The notes beneath the pieces are model-generated. The model made no database searches and was not told the DNA's origin. It saw only the letters and a program-made list of their open reading frames with translations. A stretch of DNA of 64,000 nucleotides from a virus. Position numbers and translations under genes: made by a program. The stretch's first letter is position 1; every line of letters starts with the position of its first letter. The stretch spans positions 3,446 to 67,445 of the IMG/VR virus record IMGVR_UViG_3300006750_000006; one strand, written 5' to 3'. Shown piece after piece: positions 60,212 through 64,000 of the stretch.

Positions 60212-60228
60212 ATCTAATTATATGTTAG
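60212..60228 (+). promoter_or_regulatory. Putative late promoter ATCTAATTATATGTTAG (copy 2)
   Basis: Identical to 26365-26381. Intergenic, before a GGGAG RBS. Confidence 0.65.
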
Positions 60229-60242
60229 TGGGAGAATATTAA

Positions 60243-62300
60243 ATGCCATCACAAACAGGACAATTAGCATTTTTAGGAGCAGCAAGATTCCAAGGTCTTT
60301 GGAATGCAGGCACAAATGCGGCAACAGGATCTGATTTAGATGGGGCCCCAAGCGGCCCATACAGCAATCTTTTTACAGCTGGTGCTTCTGTTAACGGTGG
60401 TTACCATTCTTCAACCAATTTGACTGCTTCTGCTGGTGATTATTGGCAAATAACAGGATCCGGAGCGCATAATGTTGATGGTCAAACTGATTGGGACTTA
60501 AATGATTGGGTTATATTTTCTGGCTCTGCTGGAAATCCTGGATGGATAAAACTAGCTTTTGAAGATACAATAGCTTCAATTGTTGTGGGCGATTTATCTT
60601 CAAGTTCTTTCCATATGGGCGAAGCAAATGATAAACACGTTATTTTTGCATCTGGTTCCGTTCATAGTGGGTCTGACAACTTTACATATGATTATAATAC
60701 AAATATACTTTATAGTCCAATCATTTCTGGCTCTTCAAATGGCATTGTATTATCAGGTTCAAATATTACTATGGCATCCGGCCCGGGCCAAGATGCAGTT
60801 TTGACCCTCAAAGCTGATGATGGCCAAGATGCAAATGACACAGCGACAATAACACTATATGACGGCGGTACATTATACACACAAGCAGAGGCTGTTTGGT
60901 TTGCACCGCAGACTTATTTTTCTGCTATAGCTCCAAGCTACGCGAATATCACGGCGGCCGGCTCCGGCGGTATCAACCTCGAAGCGATCCAAGGTCGTGT
61001 TCATGTGACAGCTTCAACTGGCATGTATGTAACAGGAAATGCTGTATTCAGAGACGATGTACAAATTGATGGTGTGTTACACGCTACTACTATTACTGGC
61101 TCTGGCGGATCGAATCTTGATTTGTTATCAGATGCAGATATGGTGTTAGTATCGAATGATGGAATATATTTAAAATACGGTAACGATGGCGCCGGAAATT
61201 TGCGCATACACGGTGGAGACGGCAGTGAAAAGGTTAGAGTTGATACTGTTGGCAATGTTGGCATCGGAACAACAGCACCATCTCATACACTATCTGTCAC
61301 GGGTACTATGGCAGTTTCTGGGAATGCTGTATTCCATAACGATGTACAGATCAATGGAACCCTTACAGGCGGCAGCCCACTAGTTGTTAGCGGGGGGTTG
61401 AATTTAACAGGCAGCCTAAATGTATCAGGTTCCGCATCTATTTACTATGATGCTACTGCTCTTCCGGCATATCGATATTTAATTATTTCAGGTTCTCATG
61501 TTCCTGGTGTCCCTTCTGGTGGGGGTGTAGTTATATCTGGTTCAAATATCATTCAGACTGCTAGCACCAGTATTACACTAAATTCTGATGCTAATATTAA
61601 TTTAAATGCTGCTGGCAATATTCTTATTGGCGCTGGAACAGATGGCACTATTCAATTTAATGCCGGCAACTCTTCTGCTTTGATGAATTTTGATGAGCCA
61701 GCAGCAGGCTACCATCCCAGCGGATCAATAAAAATTAATGATAATATAAAATTATATTTTGGAACTTATCCCGCCGGCCCTGAAAGCTACGTAACTGGTG
61801 GTTATATAGAATACAATGCAGATGGTGATCAATATATGGTCATTTCTGGTTCTCATAATGGCATTGTTCTAACAGGTTCTACTATTGTTATTGATGGTAC
61901 CCTCACCGGCGGCAGCCCACTAATTGTTAGCGGAGGGATGAATTTAACAGGCAGTGTTAATATCACTGGAAGTCTTTTTGTTAACGGTGTCTCAATATCT
62001 GGAAGTGGCGGAGGTGGCTCTGGAACTCCCGGCGGTTCAGACACACAAGTTCAATATAACGATTCTGGTGCTTTCACAGGAAGCGCTAATTTAACATTTG
62101 ATGGTTCAAGCTTGGTTGCAACCGGATCAGTAGAAGCAACTTCATTCTTTACAACCCATGCTGGTTTCTTGAATCCAGTAACTTTCAGCACATCAATTGT
62201 TGTTCCCGACGATCACAATGGTGGTCTTTACGGACCATTGGTTTTTAGTGGTGGTAATGATTTAACCATTGGAACTGGCTCCACTATGAGAATATTTTAA
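60243..62300 (+). CDS. Tail fibre protein (Gly/Ser/Thr-rich, internal repeats)
   Basis: FQGLWNA..GDYWQI..DWVIFSG N-terminal module, GNVGIGTTAPSHTLSVTG fibre motif, and repeated TGS/SGS strands. Confidence 0.7.
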   Translation: MPSQTGQLAFLGAARFQGLWNAGTNAATGSDLDGAPSGPYSNLFTAGASVNGGYHSSTNLTASAGDYWQITGSGAHNVDGQTDWDLNDWVIFSGSAGNPGWIKLAFEDTIASIVVGDLSSSSFHMGEANDKHVIFASGSVHSGSDNFTYDYNTNILYSPIISGSSNGIVLSGSNITMASGPGQDAVLTLKADDGQDANDTATITLYDGGTLYTQAEAVWFAPQTYFSAIAPSYANITAAGSGGINLEAIQGRVHVTASTGMYVTGNAVFRDDVQIDGVLHATTITGSGGSNLDLLSDADMVLVSNDGIYLKYGNDGAGNLRIHGGDGSEKVRVDTVGNVGIGTTAPSHTLSVTGTMAVSGNAVFHNDVQINGTLTGGSPLVVSGGLNLTGSLNVSGSASIYYDATALPAYRYLIISGSHVPGVPSGGGVVISGSNIIQTASTSITLNSDANINLNAAGNILIGAGTDGTIQFNAGNSSALMNFDEPAAGYHPSGSIKINDNIKLYFGTYPAGPESYVTGGYIEYNADGDQYMVISGSHNGIVLTGSTIVIDGTLTGGSPLIVSGGMNLTGSVNITGSLFVNGVSISGSGGGGSGTPGGSDTQVQYNDSGAFTGSANLTFDGSSLVATGSVEATSFFTTHAGFLNPVTFSTSIVVPDDHNGGLYGPLVFSGGNDLTIGTGSTMRIF
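61354..61954 (+). repeat. Imperfect 61-bp direct repeat (61354-61414 and 61894-61954) inside the fibre gene
   Basis: Copies are exactly 540 nt apart with 6 mismatches by my count, encoding GTLTGGSPL(V/I)VSGG(L/M)NLTGS. Confidence 0.85.
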
Positions 62301-62315
62301 AAAAGGAAAATACTT

Positions 62316-63164
62316 ATGAGTACACTATACGTAAATAACATATCACCCCAATCTGGGTCTGAAATCACAATGACAAACACTTTGGTCATGCCCACGCTTC
62401 CAGAAAAGATATCTTTTGAATCAGGCGCCGAAGTATGGGGAACCATCACGGCCCTGTCTCAGTCTGAAGGCCAAGGCTTGTTAATCGGAGGGGACGATAT
62501 TGTCACGCTAACAGGCTCAATGGTGGCAGTCGACGCGCAACTGATTCCTTACCAAGATATTAATATGAATAATTGGGGACTACAAAAAGTAGCAGGTATT
62601 ACCGGGTTAAATACTACGGGGTCGATTGGCATAACGGGCTCTGTGGAAATTTCCGGTAGTCTAACTCTTAACGGTGACTCAATTACCGCCGGCGGCGGAG
62701 GTGGAGGAGATTCAACTCAGGACTTTACCGGCGTTGACCCATATGGTTTCACATCTAATGGCGATATGTCAGGTGACATTATTAAAATTGGAAGCACCAC
62801 AACTGTATTATCTAATCTTTGTTATCTAACCGATTCTTCTGTATGGACCCTCGCTGACGCATCGGATGTAACTGCCTCTGGGCCTGTGTTGCTAGGCCTA
62901 GCTGTCGGAACAAATTCCGGAACAGATGGGATGTTAACTCGTGGATATGCAAGAATATCAGCAGCTCTTTTGGCCGGCACCGCCACCACAAAACAGGGAG
63001 ATCCTGTATATGTGAGCACAACTGCTGGCGCACTAACATTTACTGCCCCCTCAGCATCAGGTGACACTGTCCGAATTGTTGGTTATCTTGCAAGTCCGGT
63101 CAATACCAATACAGATTCTGTTGTTCTTTTCAATCCAGATTCAACTTATGTTGAAATAATTTAG
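62316..63164 (+). CDS. Fibre/adaptor protein with a C-terminal domain paralogous to the 57828 ORF
   Basis: Starts MSTLYVNNISPQSG. Ends LLGLAVGT..DGMLTRG..APSASGDTVRIVGY..FNPDSTYVEI. Confidence 0.65.
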   Translation: MSTLYVNNISPQSGSEITMTNTLVMPTLPEKISFESGAEVWGTITALSQSEGQGLLIGGDDIVTLTGSMVAVDAQLIPYQDINMNNWGLQKVAGITGLNTTGSIGITGSVEISGSLTLNGDSITAGGGGGGDSTQDFTGVDPYGFTSNGDMSGDIIKIGSTTTVLSNLCYLTDSSVWTLADASDVTASGPVLLGLAVGTNSGTDGMLTRGYARISAALLAGTATTKQGDPVYVSTTAGALTFTAPSASGDTVRIVGYLASPVNTNTDSVVLFNPDSTYVEII

Positions 63165-63178
63165 GAGACTGATTATTA

Positions 63179-64000
63179 ATGGCAACACTTTATGTAAGCA
63201 AAGCAGGCAATGACTCTAATGATGGCTCAACACCAGTATTAGCAAAGCTTACAATTGGCGCTGCTTTAACAGCGGCTTCCAACAACTGGACTGTTATAAT
63301 TGGAGAAGGTACGTACAATGAAAAGATATCAACTTCGCTCACTGGTGTCACCATACAAGGTGCGACTGGCTATCCGGAGGATGTTGTAATTCAGTCGGCA
63401 ATAGAAGGTAGAACTGTTACAATTAATACTGATTGTGTTTTGAAGAATTTTACAGTACTACACCAGCCTCCTGGGGAAGCTGATAGCGCTAACGACTGGG
63501 ATAATGCCACTTTTGCAGTCGGCGCTGCTAGCGGCAAGATAGTATACCATATCGATAATTGTTATGTTCTTTCATCCAGAGGCGCTATACAAAATTTGGC
63601 TGTTGGCGCGACGATTAATCGTGCACGCATTGAATATATTGGTAGTGGATCTGCACCAACACCGACGGCCGAATGGCCTACCTGTCCTCCTGGTACTGCT
63701 GCGACCACTGCGGTTGTTGGCACTTATGGTCCCGGGTCGGGCAACGAAAGCGATGCTGTGTGGACTAGTTGTTTATTTATGAATATGCCCGCCCACGACA
63801 CCTATCGCAGCGGCGGATTTGTAAATTGTACAATTGCATCTCATAATAATTCCGATCCCAACAAGCGCGGATTGTATGCCAATGGCGGCGTAGTCAATAC
63901 AGTTGTTTTCTATGATACAGCCTCTGCGGCTACCTTGGTTGCTGCCGGTTGTACCACGAGTTACACAGCACACCGCGCCGGTATGGCGATTTATAACGAG
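63179..64000 (+). CDS. Partial right-handed beta-helix (pectin-lyase-like) protein, possible depolymerase/tailspike; truncated by the window end
   Basis: Not in the ORF track. AGGAG RBS at 63163-63167. Translated by hand as MATLYVSKAGNDSNDGS..TIGAALTAA..TVIIGEGTYNE and open to 64000. Confidence 0.7.
   Translation, partial: MATLYVSKAGNDSNDGSTPVLAKLTIGAALTAASNNWTVIIGEGTYNEKISTSLTGVTIQGATGYPEDVVIQSAIEGRTVTINTDCVLKNFTVLHQPPGEADSANDWDNATFAVGAASGKIVYHIDNCYVLSSRGAIQNLAVGATINRARIEYIGSGSAPTPTAEWPTCPPGTAATTAVVGTYGPGSGNESDAVWTSCLFMNMPAHDTYRSGGFVNCTIASHNNSDPNKRGLYANGGVVNTVVFYDTASAATLVAAGCTTSYTAHRAGMAIYNE

Larger units (their letters stand above)
1..64000 (+). other. Segment of a large T4-like myovirus (jumbo/huge phage) genome: late structural, packaging and recombination region
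   Basis: Co-oriented, tightly packed ORFs including T4-type terminase, gp20 portal, gp21 protease, gp25/gp6 baseplate proteins, a gp55-like sigma factor and a gp46/47-like nuclease. No host housekeeping operons. Confidence 0.95.

Noticed and set aside
61354-61954. 61-bp repeat pair as a DGR template/variable repeat
   Set aside because: Both copies are in frame in the same gene. The mismatches have A in either copy and include a T/C change, so they are not unidirectional A-to-N. No RT is nearby.
1625-63973. Numerous short minus-strand and alternate-frame ORFs in the track
   Set aside because: All lie inside long plus-strand genes, lack RBS and motifs, and read as shadow ORFs.
1-64000. Alternative genetic code (TAG/TGA reassignment) as in some huge phages
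   Set aside because: Conserved genes are full length in code 11, and TAG, TGA and TAA all end genes right before the next RBS or start.
1-64000. CRISPR array, tRNA or rRNA genes
   Set aside because: Intergenic gaps are under about 75 nt, with no spaced direct repeats or cloverleaf/T-loop signatures.

Overview
The whole 64 kb window is one gene-dense, almost entirely plus-strand segment of a large T4-like myovirus (jumbo/huge-phage type). It is AT-rich (roughly 35% GC by eye) and uses the standard genetic code. In order it encodes: a gp55-like late sigma factor; a split gp5-like hub/spike pair; a 3199-aa giant protein; gp25 and gp6 baseplate wedges; a run of very large virion proteins with LamG, MAM, reelin-like and Fn3-like modules; tail-collar-type paralogues; a RuvC-like resolvase; primase; a fused Mre11-Rad50 (SbcD-SbcC) nuclease; a holin/spanin-like cassette; large terminase; portal; prohead protease; ribosomal protein bS21; and a chain of modular fibre proteins that runs off the right edge. 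No tRNA, rRNA, CRISPR array, integrase, reverse transcriptase or major capsid gene was seen. The most unusual signal is at nucleotide level. Short (15-170 nt) in-frame patches of C-ending, very GC-rich codons sit in the predicted loops of receptor-binding domains, while the flanking framework strands keep AT-rich codons, which suggests a targeted diversification process. Other points of interest are a recurrent CTA(T/A/C)TTAT late-promoter-like motif, animal-ECM-type adhesion domains on virion proteins, apparently catalytically dead enzyme domains in the hub protein, and an unannotated 19-aa Cys-Cys peptide gene with a hairpin. All family assignments come from motif recognition by eye, not from database searches.
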